Source of the DNA: Leucoraja erinacea
Lineage: Eukaryota
Reading direction: 5' to 3'
Assembly (NCBI RefSeq): GCF_028641065.1
Contig: NC_073414.1
Span: 1,426,001 to 1,490,000 of the forward strand
Length of the DNA stretch: 64,000 nt
Positions 51,425 through 63,568 of this stretch are shown here, one piece after another (position 1 is the stretch's first letter; each line of letters begins with the position of its first letter). Made by a program: the position numbers and the translations under genes. Below the pieces are notes generated by a model. The model had not been told where the DNA came from and ran no database searches. It worked only from the letters and a program-made list of their open reading frames with translations.

Positions 51425-51930
51425 GGGAGTGAGTGCAGCGTAGGTTCACCAGGTTAATTCCCGGGATGGCGGGACTGTCATATGCTGAGAGAATGGAGCA
51501 TCTGGGCTTGTACACTCTGGAGTTTAGAAGGATGAGAGGGAATCTCATTGAAACATATAAGATTGCTAAGGGCTTGGACACGCTAGAGGCCGGAAATGGG
51601 TTCCCGATGTTGGGGGAGTCCAGAACCAGGGGCCACACACAGTTTATGAATAAGGGGTAAGCAATTTAGAATGGAGACGAGGAAACACTTTTTCTCACAG
51701 AGAGTTGTGAGTCTGTGGAATTCTCTGCCTCAGAGGGCGGTGGAGGCCGGTTCTCTGGATGCTTTCCAGAGAGAGAGATAGATAGGGCTGTTAAAGATAG
51801 CGGAGTCAGGGGATATGGGGAGAAGGCAGGAACGGGGTACTGATTGTGGATGATCAGCCATGATCGCATTGAATGGCGGTGCTGGCTCGAAGGGCCGAAT
51901 GGCTTCTACTCCTGCACCTATTGTCTATTG
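51425..51930 (+). mobile_element. HER1/CR1-type LINE 3' fragment
   Basis: Encodes QRRFTRLIPGMAGLSYAERM..LGLYTLEFRRMRG, followed by tail. Confidence 0.85.
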
Positions 51931-52338
51931 TTCAAAATGGAGTAAATCAGCTTCTCTGGAGAGAAGGAGTGGGTGACGTTTCAGGTTGAGACCCTTCTTC
52001 AGACTGATGGTTGTAGCATATAGATGATAGTGTACAAGAGGTTAGGGGGGGGATAAAGTGCTGATCCCCATAGACACCACCTGTGGTGAAACAAATATCA
52101 CGGCGAGCAGATAAAATGATTACAATACGTCACTCCAACACTTCAAGACTTTATTTCATTTATAAAATTAGAAACAAACTAGGAACAGAGCTTTAAAAAA
52201 ATAATAGACTATTTACCGCACTATTTATTTCTGCTGTCACTTCCACGTTATCTCTGAAGTGACCTGTTGAAGAACCTCAGGGGCAGTGAAGGAAGGGCAC
52301 GGCAGGCACCTTGCCAGAGGGGGGTCAGTGGGGAGTCC

Positions 52339-52431
<93 letters not shown>

Positions 52432-53133
52432 TCACTGTCAACTGGCCCTAGTGTACAGGATGGTGTCAGTGTAAGAGCATCGCTGGTACAGGCAGTGAAA
52501 GGCCCGGATAGAGTGGATGTGGAGAGGATGATTCACTAGCGGTGAATCTGTAGAATGTGTTGCCACAGGTGGCTGTGGAGGCCAAGTCAGTGGGCAATGT
52601 TAATGCCGATAAACTGCTTCATGACATGCAGTGGGAATGAATTCTTGTTAAAGGGGTCACATGTATAGTGAATGGGGGTGTGTGTGCACGTGCGTGCGTG
52701 TGCGTGGTGTGTGCTTGTGGTGTGTGTGTGTTGTGTGTGTGAGCGTGTGTGTGTGTGTGTGTGGTGTGTGAACGTGTGTGTGTGCATGTGTGTGGTGTGA
52801 GTGTGTGTGGGCGTGGGCATGTGTGGTGTGTGTGAATGTGCGTGTACTTGAGCGTGCGTGTGTGTGNNNNNNNNNNNNNNNNNNNNNNNNNNNNNNNNNN
52901 NNNNNNNNNNNNNNNNNNNNNNNNNNNNNNNNNNNNNNNNNNNNNNNNNNNNNNNNNNNNNNNNNNNNNNNNNNNNNNNNNNNNNNNNNNNNNNNNNNNN
53001 NGTGCGCATGTACGCATGTGTGTGTGTGTGTGTGCGCGGGTGTGTGTGCATGTGCGCATGTGCGTGTGTACGCATGTGCGTGCGTGTGGGTGTGAACGTG
53101 CACCACAGCAGGTGTGCGACTAACTGGCCTTAC

Positions 53134-53185
53134 CTCAGCTTTGGCGCTGTGAGACTGGAAGAACACGGCCTCCTTGTGTCCACAC
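53134..53185 (-). CDS. POLR2I: RPB9 exon 5
   Basis: Encodes CGHKEAVFFQSHSAKAE; cccag| and |gtaagg. Confidence 0.95.
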
Positions 53186-53574
53186 CTGGGGAAATTAACA
53201 AAAACAAATCAGACTCCGTGGACGAGCAAAGCAACTCGACCCATTCCTTCTCTCCAGAGATGCTGCCTGACCCGCTGAGTTACTCCAGCATTTTGTGTCT
53301 ATCTATGGTGTAAACCAGCATCTGCAGTTTCCTCCGACCCATTTAACCTCTCTTTCTATCATGAAAACAATCTGCTTCCAATTGAGTGCAGGAAGTAGAT
53401 GAGAAGCACACACCGCGCTCTACACCACAGGCGATCGATAGACGATAAGGAAACAGACGGGGAAAGTTAGTGGGGAAAGATTAATGCTCACAACCAGCCT
53501 TCCTCCCCTCACACATCACTTTCACAAGATGAGACATGGACCTGGCTCTTCAGTAAAGCAATGATTCTACTTAC

Positions 53575-53649
53575 TTCGGACAGGGATGATCCTCAGTCCG
53601 GGGCAGCGTCGGGTCCTGAGCCACATCTGCGATGATTTGCGTCAGTTCA
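53575..53649 (-). CDS. POLR2I: RPB9 exon 4
   Basis: Encodes [24 protein letters not shown](K); aacag| and |gtaagt. Confidence 0.95.
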
Positions 53650-54769
53650 CTGTTTGAAGGAACCAAAATATTAATAGAAACGTAGAAAACAGGTGCAGGA
53701 GTAGATCATTCAATATGATCATGGCTGATTATCCACAAGCAGTGCCCCGTTCCTGCTCTCTCCCCATAACCCTTGATTCTGTTAGACCCAATAGCTAAAT
53801 CTAACTCTCTCTTAAATACATCAATATTTCAAAGAAAATTATGCTGAGTGGGCTGGACTAAAGGACAATTTTGCCTTCCGTTTGTAGGGTAGGACCCGAA
53901 ATGTCACCGATCCACGTTCTCCCTGGATGCTGCCAGACCCGCTGAGTTACTCACAGACATTTTGTGTCTCATAAAGTCGAGTTTATTGTCACGTATACCA
54001 AGGTACAGTGAAAAGCTTTTGTTGCGCGCTAACCAGTCAGCGGAAAGACAACACATGATTACAATCGAGCCGTCCACAGTATACAGATACATGATAAGGG
54101 GAATAACGTGATTAACGTTTACTGCAAGCTAAAGTCCGATCAAAGATAGTCAGGGGGGTCTCCAATGAGACAGATAGTAGTTCAGGACTGCTCACTATTT
54201 GTCGCTAGGATGTTTCAATTGCCGATAACCGAATGGTGCCTGGCAGCAGCTATAAGGCATGCTGAACACAAAAACATTCAGTGTAAAGTCTAGAGGATCT
54301 ATTAAAACAGTCTTATGTCACCAAGGTTTATATCTTAGAGTAGCTCTCAGTGGCTCTCTAGTGGCACAACCCAACACTGCACCTATTCTAGGCTTTGGAT
54401 AACATTAAAGTCATGAGCATCCTGTGTGCGGATTAACCAATAGTCTGAAGAAGGGTCTCGACCTGAAACGTCACCCATTGCTTCTCTCCAGAGATGCTGC
54501 CTGTCCCACGGAGTCACTCCAGCATTCTGTGTCTATCACCAAGTCATTTCTGATAAGAGGTAGACAAAAGTGCTGGAGAAACTCAGCTGGTGCGGCAGCA
54601 TCTATGGAGCGAAGGAAAGGGACAGGTCACACATGCAGCAATTCAGTTTCCTCTGATGGCTTTAATGTGATAATGTACAAGAGCTTCACAAGGCGAGGAA
54701 GAACTATAAATAACCTCTAACCAGAGTTACGACATTGAAACCTGTACACAGTAGATGACCTTCACTTAC

Positions 54770-54843
54770 TCGACTTCATGTGTGATTTTATTGACGTAGA
54801 TGCAGCTATTATCGGCTTCTTGTTGGTAGTCACAGTTTCGACA
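54770..54843 (-). CDS. POLR2I: RPB9 exon 3
   Basis: Encodes CRNCDYQQEADNSCIYVNKITHEV(D); tacag| and |gtaagt. Confidence 0.95.
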
Positions 54844-54981
54844 CTGTAATTAAAACAAAAGTTTCAGCATAAAGATCTTGTTTCTGTAGTTTAGTTTATT
54901 GTATTGTATTGTATTGTATTCAATTTATTGTCATAGTCTCAATTTGAGACAACGAAATGAATTTTCCTTACAGGCAGTATC

Positions 54982-55016
<35 letters not shown>

Positions 55017-57576
55017 ACAAAGAAATTATAAAAATAAATAATAAATAATAAAGATTTAAAGATACAGTGTGGAAACAGGCCCTTCAGCCCACTGATCCCA
55101 GCACACTAACACTATCCTACACACATTAGGGACAATTTACACATACACCAAGCCAATTAACCTACGATCCTGCATGTCTTTGGAGTGCGGGAGGAAACCG
55201 GAGCAACCGGAGAAAACCCACGCAGGTCACGGGGAGAACGTGCAAACTCCGTACAGACAGCACCCGTAGTCAGGATTGAACCCGGGTCTCCTGCACTGTG
55301 AGGCAGCAACTCTACCGCTGCACCACCGTGGCTGCCCAAGTATATAGTATTTTAATGCATGAAAAGATAGGGGAACACACAATCTTGCACTGCACCCCGG
55401 CACACGTGACAATAAACTAAACTGAACCAGACCCTCTATCAAGAGTCAAGAGTTGTTTTATTGTCATATGTCCCAGAGGGAACAATGAAATTCTTACTTG
55501 CAGCAGCACTGCAGAATATGTAAACATGGTACAGTGTGAACAATAGAATATAAAATATCAGTGTGTGTGTGTAATAGTGTTAATGTACAGAAAGATCATG
55601 GAATGCAAGTCCATAACTCCCTGACAGTAACAATACAAGTAGATACAGCAGTAATGGTGTGTGTGTGCTTGCCTCCATCAGTCAGAGCAATAAGAGTCAG
55701 GAAGTCACAGACAATAGACAATAGGTGCAGGGGTAGGCCATTCGGCCCATCCAGCCAGCACCGCCATTCAATGTGATCATGGCATGTTGTAGCTTTATGA
55801 AATGTTGTTCAGCCCACGTTTGGAGTGTTGCATGCAGTTCTGTGCACCATATTACAGGAAAGATCTTGTTTAATTTTGTCTATTATTGTCACGTGTGGTA
55901 CAGTAAAAGGCTTCTGTTTGCACGCTACCCAGTTAAAGAAAAGTCTACACACGGCCACAATCTCATTGGCCGCAGTGTACAGATACAGGATAAAGGATGC
56001 AACATTTAGTGCAAGATAAAACATTTTAAAAGACAAAAAACATAGTTCAAGGTTCTACATTGAGGTAGATGGGAGGTCAGGACTGCACACAAATTGGTGA
56101 GAGGGACAGTTCAGTTGCCTGATAACAGCTGGGATGAAACTGTCCGTGAATCTGGAGGCTTTGGAAAGAGCGCAGAAGAGGTATAGCAGAATGCTGCCAA
56201 GATCAGAGGGTATTAACTACAAGGAGAGGTTGGATAAACCTGGAATGTGGATGGCCGATAGAAGCAATATTATAAGATGCTCAGATAGGGGAGACAGTCA
56301 AAACCTTCTTCTCCAGGGTGGACATATCAACGGTCTAAGATTTTTAAGGGTTTGGATACACTAGAGGTAGGAAACATGTTCCCGATGTTGGGGGAGTCCA
56401 GAACCAAGGTCCACAGTTTAAGAATAAGGGGTAAGCCATTTAGAACGGAGACGAGGAAACACTTTTTCTCACAGAGAGTGGTGAGTCTGTGGAATTCTCT
56501 GCCTCAGAGGGCAGTGGAGGCCGGTTCTCTGGGTGCTTTCAAAAGAGTTAGATAGGGCTCTTAAAGATAGTGGAGTCAGGGGATATGGGGAGAAGGCAGG
56601 AACGGGGTACTGATTGGGGATGATCAGCCGTGATCACATTGAATGGCGGTGCTGGGTCGAAGGGCCAAATGGCCTCCTCCTGCACCTATTGTCTCGTGTC
56701 TAAAGGACTGGAGAGCAGAGCTTGAGGTCTGAGGGGGAAAAGTTTAAAGTAGATGTGTGGGAGATTTTGTTTTAAACACAGCGGGCGATGGGTGCCTGGA
56801 ACGCACTGCCAACGGTAGTGGTGGAGGCAGATACGATCGGGCATTTCGGAGATTTTCGGATAGGCAGGCACCTGGATCAGGAGTCATGGGTGAAAATAGA
56901 CACAAAATGCTGGAGTAACTCAGCGGGACAGGCAGCGTCTCTGGAGAGAAGGAATAGGGGACGTTTCGTGTCGAGACCCTCCTTCAGTCTGACTGTTTTA
57001 TCTTGGATTTAAACCAGCATCTGCAGTTCTTTCCTACACATGAGTCAAGAGTGTTTATTGTCAAATGTTCCAGACAGAATGATCAAATTCTTACTTGCAG
57101 CAGCACAACAGAAACAAGAAAAATAGTTCAGTGTGTGTAACTTGCCCACATAGGCCAACATGCCCCATCTACACTAGTCCCACCTGCCCACGTTTGGCTC
57201 ATGTCCCTCCAAACCTGTCCTATCCATGTACCTGTCTAACTGTTTCTTAAATGTTGGGATCGTCCCAGCCTCAACTACCTCCTCTGGCAGCTCGTTCCAT
57301 ACACCCACCACCCTTTGTGTGAAAAGGTTACCGCTCAGGTTCCTATAAAAAATTTTCCCCTTCACCTTAAACCTGTGTCCTCTGGTCCTCGATTCCCCAC
57401 TCTGGGCAAGAGACTCTGTGCGTCTATCTGATCTATTCCTCCAATTATCTTATACACCTCTATAAGATCACCCCTCATCCTCCTGCTCTCCAAAGAAATA
57501 GGTCCCAGCCCGCTCAACCTCTCCCTGTAGCTCACACCCTCTAATCCCGGCAACATCTTTGTAAGCTCATACTTAC

Positions 57577-57631
57577 CGCATAAAGCAGGATTCTGTTCTC
57601 CTTGTCCTCCTTTGGGTACAACATGTTGTTG
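57577..57631 (-). CDS. POLR2I: RPB9 exon 2
   Basis: Encodes NNMLYPKEDKENRILLYA; ttcag| acceptor and |gtaagt donor. Confidence 0.95.
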
Positions 57632-58839
57632 CTGAATCAAGAGGACAAAACGTCACCAATATTGTTTGCGAAATGCCCAAAGAGTCACAGAACCCACAAA
57701 TAATAATAATAATATATCTTTATTGTCATTGCGCAGAGGTACAACGAGATTTGGAATGCAACTTCCATCCGATGTAATTACTTAATTAGCTAAAAATTTA
57801 TACACCCAGAGAAACAAGATTTAAAAAAGTTAAAGCAGTATAAAGTGCAAATGTGTCTGTGCCGGGTCGATGTGCGACGTGACCATCCGAGGGAGACAGT
57901 TCATGGGTGGGGGGGGCACTCAGCAGGACCGGTTCAGAGCAGCTATAGCTCTGGGGATGATACTCCCTGATCTGCCGAGTGTTTCAAACATTGACTATTT
58001 CTATTTTGGGTTTCCAGATTTACTCCTCTCTGCTGCCTGTTGCTGTCACCGCTCTGCGCCCCCACTCCTGACACCAACACCATTGTAACGCTTTCACCCC
58101 CCCCCCCCTCCACATTCTCTCCCCCTCCCACATTCCACATGGGTCCACACACCACAACAAACCCGAACACAAAGGGGGAGGATGGGGGCGGGGAGGAGAG
58201 AGAGGGGGCAGTGACTCACTGAGTGAGAGGGGGATGAGGAGCAGAGAGAGATGGAAGAATCTCTGGAACTCTCTGCCGCAGAAGGTAGTTGAGGCCACAC
58301 AGTTCATTGGCTATATTTAAGAGGGAGTTAGATGTGGCCCTTGTGGCTAAAGGGATCAGGGGGTATGGAGAGAAGGCAGGTACGGGATACTGAGTTGGAT
58401 GATCAGCCATGATCATATTGAATGGCGGGGCAGGCTCGAAGGGCCGAATGGCCTACTCCTGCACCTATTTTCTATGTTTCTATGTTTTCTATCTATTCTG
58501 GGCAAAAGACTCTGTGCGTTTACCCCTGATCTATTCCTCTCATGATTTTGTACATCGAGATGGGAAGATGGTTAGATATTAAAAGAATTGGGGGACAAGG
58601 GGGGAAAAATGCTGAGGTGGAAGACCGAGGTGAATGGCGGTGCAGGCTCGAAGGGCCGAATGGCCTCTACTCCTGCACCTATTGTCTATGTTTCTATGAA
58701 GAGAGGAGGGGGTAAAAGGGAGAGTGGGGAGGGGGAGACAGAGGGAACTGGGGGAGAGGGAGAAGGGGTGGAGGAATGGAGGGAAGGGGGGGGAGGAAAT
58801 CTCCAAGCAGGAGGTATGATCCCCCCCCCTTCTCCCCTC

Positions 58840-60720
58840 CCCCCCCCTCACGTTGAGGGGGTCCACACACACCCCCCCCCCCCCCACCTCACGTTGAGGG
58901 GTCCACACCCCCCCCCCCCCTCACGTTGAGGGGTACACACCCCCCCCCCCCCCTCACGTTGAGGGGTACACACACACACCCCCCCCCTCACGTTGAGGGG
59001 TACACACACACCCCCCCCCCCTCACGTTGAGGGGTCCACACCCCCCCCCCCCCCTCACGTTGAGGGGTACACACCCCCCCCCCCCCCCTCACGTTGAGGG
59101 GTACACACACACACCCCCCCCCCCCCCCTCACGTTGAGGGGTACACACACACACCCCCCCCCCCCCTCACGTTGAGGGGCCACTACACACACCCCCCCCC
59201 CTCACGTTGAGGGGTACACTACACCCCCCCCCCCTCACGTTGAGGGGTACACACACACCCCCCCCCCTCACGTTGAGGGGTACACACACACACACCCCCC
59301 CCCTCACGTTGAGGGGTACACACACACACACACCCCCCCCTCACGTTGAGGGGTACACACCCCCCCCCCCCCTCACGTTGAGGGGTACACACACACACAC
59401 ACACCCCCCCCTCACGTTGAGGGGTACACACACACACACACCCCCCCCCCTCACGTTGAGGGGTACACACACACACCCCCCCCCCCCACGTTGAGGGTAC
59501 ACACACACCCCCCCCCCCTCACGTTGAGGGGTACACACCCACCCCCCCTCACGTTGAGGGGTACACACACACCCCCCCCCCCCACGTTGAGGGGTACACA
59601 CACACCCCCCTCACGTTGAGGGGTACACACACACACCCCCCCCCCTCACGTTGAGGGGTACACACACACACCCCCCCCCCCTCACGTTGAGGGGGTACAC
59701 ACACACCCCCCCTCACGTTGAGGGGTACACACACACCCCCCCCTCACGTTGAGGGGTACACACACACACCCCCCCCCCCCTCACGTTGAGGGGTACACAC
59801 ACACACACACCCCCCCTCACGTTGAGGGGTACACACACACACACACCCCCCCCCCCCCTCACGTTGAGGGGTACACACACACCCCCCCCCCCCCCCTCAC
59901 GTTGAGGGGTCCACACACACCCCCCCCCCACCCTCACGTTGAGGGTTACACCCCCCCCTCACGTTGAGGGGTACACACACACCCCCCCCCCCCCCTCACG
60001 TTGAGGGGTACACACACACCCCCCCCCCTCACGTTGAGGGGTACACACACACCCCCCCCCCTCACGTTGAGGGGTACACCCCCCCCCCCCCCTCACGTTG
60101 AGGGGTACACACACACACACCCCCCCCCTCACGTTGAGGGGGTACACACACACCCCCCCCCCCCTCACGTTGAGGGGTACACACACACCCCCCCCCCCCC
60201 TCACGTTGAGGGGTACACACACACCCCCCCCCTCACGTTGAGGGGTACACACACCCCCCCCCCCTCACGTTGAGGGGTACACACACACACCCCCCCCCCC
60301 TCACGTTGAGGGGTACACACACACACCCCCCCCCCCCTCACGTTGAGGGGTACACACACACCCCCCCCCCCTCACGTTGAGGGGTACACACCACCCCCCC
60401 CTCACGTTGAGGGGTACACACACACCCACCCCCCCCCTCACGTTGAGGGGTACACACACACACACCCCCCCCCCTCACGTTGAGGGGTACACACACACAC
60501 CCCTCCCCCCTCACGTTGAGGGGTACACACACACACCCCCTCACGTTGAGGGGTACACACACACACCCCCCCCCTCACGTTGAGGGGCACACACCCCCCC
60601 CCCCCTCACGTTGAGGGGTACACACCCCCCCCCCCCCCCCCCTCACGTTGAGGGGTACACACACACCCCCCCCTCACGTTGAGGGGTCCACACCCCCCCC
60701 CTCACGTTGAGGGGTCCACA
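58840..60720. repeat. Minisatellite with an invariant palindromic core CCCCTCA-CGT-TGAGGGG and variable (AC)n(C)n spacers, in POLR2I intron 1
   Basis: More than 50 units of ~28-40 bp seen directly. Confidence 0.95.
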
Positions 60721-61156
60721 CACAGATGCACCCCTAACTCTAACACTGGAACACCCCTCAGCATGAGAGAAGGGAGGCAGAGAGAGAGGGGGGGAAGAGC
60801 GGAGGGGGAACATGAATACATTGAGGAAAGAGAGGAGGGGAGAAAAGTGAGAGTGGGAAGGGGGAGAACGGGGTGGAGGAAGGAAGGGGGGGGGAGGAAA
60901 AATCTACAAGCAGTAGGTATGATATGATCCCCTCCCCCTCTCCCCTCCCCCCCCCCCCCCCCCCTCACGTTGAGGGGTCCACACACACCCCCCCCCCCTC
61001 CCTCCTCCTTCTCCCCTCCCCTCCCCCTCTCATGTTGAGGGGTACACCCCAGTGAGGGGTCCACACCCCCTCCCCCCTTCTCCCCCCTCACCCCCTCTCC
61101 CTTTCCCTCACGTTGAGGGGTACACACCCCCCCCCCCCCCCCCCCCCCCCACTCAC

Positions 61157-61218
61157 CATTCCTGACAGAACCGGATCCCCACGAACCCGGGGCCTCCATG
61201 TCCCGCCTCAAAGTCCAT
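61157..61218 (-). CDS. POLR2I: RNA polymerase II subunit RPB9, exon 1
   Basis: Encodes MDFEAGHGGPGFVGIRFCQE(C); donor TG|gtgagt. Confidence 0.95.
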
Positions 61219-61219
61219 C

Positions 61220-61420
61220 CCCGGCTCAAGATGGCGGCGGCGGCGGCGGCAGCGTCAGCGCGGTGGCCGCCGGGAGTTGTAGTTCCGCTTCCGCCCCCTC
61301 CCCCCGCCCCCCCGCTTCCGCTCCCGCCGCGGACTACAACGCCCACAATGCACCGGGCTACGGGTCCCCCGCCTGCCGCGCGACGCGACGCGACCCCGGC
61401 GTCGAAACCCGCAGCTGATG
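61220..61420. promoter_or_regulatory. CpG-island promoter of POLR2I with YY1, ETS/GABP and two ZNF143-type motifs
   Basis: CpG-rich. AAGATGGCGGC (YY1) at 61228; minus-strand ACTACAACTCCC at ~61272-61283; plus-strand ACTACAACGCCCACAATGC at ~61333-61351; CGGAAG cores on the minus strand. Confidence 0.8.
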
Positions 61421-61985
61421 AGGAGGTTGTTACAGTCAAGGTCAGGTCACATTTATTGTTTAAGAGGGAACTGCAGATGCTGGAGAATCGAAGGTTACAC
61501 AAAAAAGCTGGAGAAACTCAGCGGGTGCAGCAGCATCTATGGAGCGAAGGAAATAGGCAACGTTTCGGGACGAAACCCTTCTTCAGACTGGTCACATTTA
61601 TTTACTTGCCCACACCAGCCAACATGCCCCAGCTACACCTGTCCCACCTGCCCACGTTTGGCCCATATCCCCCCAAACCTGTCCTATCCATGTACCTGTA
61701 TAGCTGTTTCTTAAACGTTGGGATAGTCCCAGCCTCAACTACCTCCTCTGGCAGCTCGTTCCATACACCCACCGCCCTCTGTGTGGAAAAGTTACCCCTC
61801 AGATTTCTATTATATCTTTTCCCCTTCACCTTGAACCTATATCATTCTGGTCCAGTCAGGGAGGTTACCAGTGGTATTAAATGTAAGGACACAGTGGGCC
61901 GAAGGGCCTGTTTTCGCGCTGTATCTCTAAACTAAACTCAGTCCAGAGGTCTCCTCACTAACACTGACCCCCCCTCTCGTTCCAG

Positions 61986-62118
61986 GTGAAGAAGATGGCG
62001 CCTGAGTTTTACGAGGACTTGTCTCAGCACCACTCTTGGTCGCGGGTCTTGTGGGACTTTGTCTCTCTGCCCTTGCTCCCGGGTGAAACGGCCGTGCAAG
62101 GTGGTGAATGACGAGTGA
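61986..62118 (+). pseudogene. Orphan, frameshifted terminal exon of a sphingolipid delta-4 desaturase (DEGS2-like)
   Basis: Acceptor ctctcgttccag|, then VKKMAPEFYEDLSQHHSWSRVLWDFV and, in a shifted frame, SRVKRPCKVVNDE*. Recalled DEGS2 C-terminus: [43 protein letters not shown] at 62161-62166. Confidence 0.75.
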
Positions 62119-62379
62119 GGGGACCCTCAGGGCTCTTTACTGCCCTCCCCCTGAACCCCAATTAAACCCCTGTGTATCCCGTGGGTTAATCATCGTCTTG
62201 TGTGAAGGGTCCGGCTGATGGGGTCGTGTCTGCTGCACCCGCCTATCAGACCCAAGCCCAGCGACACCTTGACAATCTGCGTGTATTTGGTCTCAAAACC
62301 AGCATCTTAGCTCTGCTGGAAATGTTCACTGTATCCCTCTTATACCAGCTGTGGCTTGGAGTCAAAATAACTGATGTAC

Positions 62380-62702
62380 AACACTGGGGTACAGTATCGG
62401 TGGGGACAGGTGTGTGTGTGTGTGTGTGTGTGCTGTGTGTGTGTGAGTGTCTGTGTGTCTGTGTGTGTCTGTGTGTGTGTATATGTGTGTGTGAGTGTGT
62501 AACACTGGGGTACTGTATCGGTGGGGACGGGTCTGAATGAATGAATAAGTTTATTGGCCAAGTATTCACATACAAGGAATTTGCCTTGGTGCTCCGCCCA
62601 CAATGGCCAACATGACATAGTGTGACAGTTAGGAATGACACATAAAATATTAATAATAAAACATTTGTGTGTATAACACTGGGGTACAGTACTGGTGGGG
62701 AC

Positions 62703-62742
<40 letters not shown>

Positions 62743-62945
62743 CAGTGGTGTACAGTACCAGTGGGGACAGGTCTGTGTGTGTGTGTGTAACAGTGGTGTA
62801 CAGTACCGGTGGGGACAGGTCTGTGTGTGTAACAGTGGTGTACAGTACCGGTGGGGACAGGTCTGTGTGTGTAACAGTGGTGTACAGTACCGGTGGGGAC
62901 GGGTGTGTGTGTGTGTGTAACAGTGGTGTACAGTACCAGTACGGA
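62380..62945. repeat. Minisatellite (gtaacagtggtgtacagtaccggtggggacaggt + (GT)n)
   Basis: About 8 units of 41-70 bp, interrupted by a LINE tail at ~62535-62665. Confidence 0.9.
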
Positions 62946-63279
62946 CAAGTTGGGCCGAAGGGCCTGTTTCCCTGCTGTGTCACTACCACTTCCCACAGTG
63001 ACGGGGAACGCATTTGAAGAATGAATTGAAAACGGAGTCACATCAGAATCAAAACCAAAAGCAGTTATATTTTAATATAAAGGCATCCAGTGTTTACACT
63101 TTATATAAAATAATGTAAAAAACGCAAGCCAATAAACTGGTCAACCTACAGGGTGTTGCCAGTGCCAGTGGGCGATCACACAGACGTACAACGTGAACTA
63201 ACATTCCTCCCAATCCCACCCTGATCAGCTGATACACCCCGCATCTGCCCACCTGACATGGCCCAACATGCTAGACTCC

Positions 63280-63568
63280 AAGTCTGGTCCTCCCAACATG
63301 TCTGGTCCTCCCGGCAAGTCTGGTCCTCCCAGCAAGTTTGGTCCTCCCAACATGTCTGGTCCTCCCAACAAGTCCGGTCCTCCCAGCAAGTTTGGTCCTC
63401 CCAACAAGTCCGGTCCTCCCAGCAAGTTTGGTCCTCCCAACAAGTCCGGTCCTCCCAGCTAGTTTGGTCCTCCCAACATGTCTGGTCCTCCCAGTAAGTC
63501 CGGTCCTCCCAGCAAGTTTGGTCCTCCCAACATGTCTGGTCCTCCCAACATGTCCGGTCCTCCCAGCA
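63280..63568. repeat. 18-bp minisatellite (tctggtcctcccaacaag)n
   Basis: About 16 units with no indels. Confidence 0.9.

Noticed and set aside
58840-60720. CRISPR-like array (palindromic repeat with variable spacers)
   Set aside because: Spacers are only (AC)n(C)n slippage products, there are no cas genes, and the context is a vertebrate intron.
60702-61502. 266-aa minus-strand ORF over POLR2I exon 1
   Set aside because: Wrong frame and low complexity; the true RPB9 frame starts at ATG 61218.
61198-61935. 245-aa plus-strand ORF, possibly a TBCB first exon
   Set aside because: It runs through promoter motifs and then PLE and LINE fragments; the VVTVKVRS resemblance to TBCB is too weak to support.
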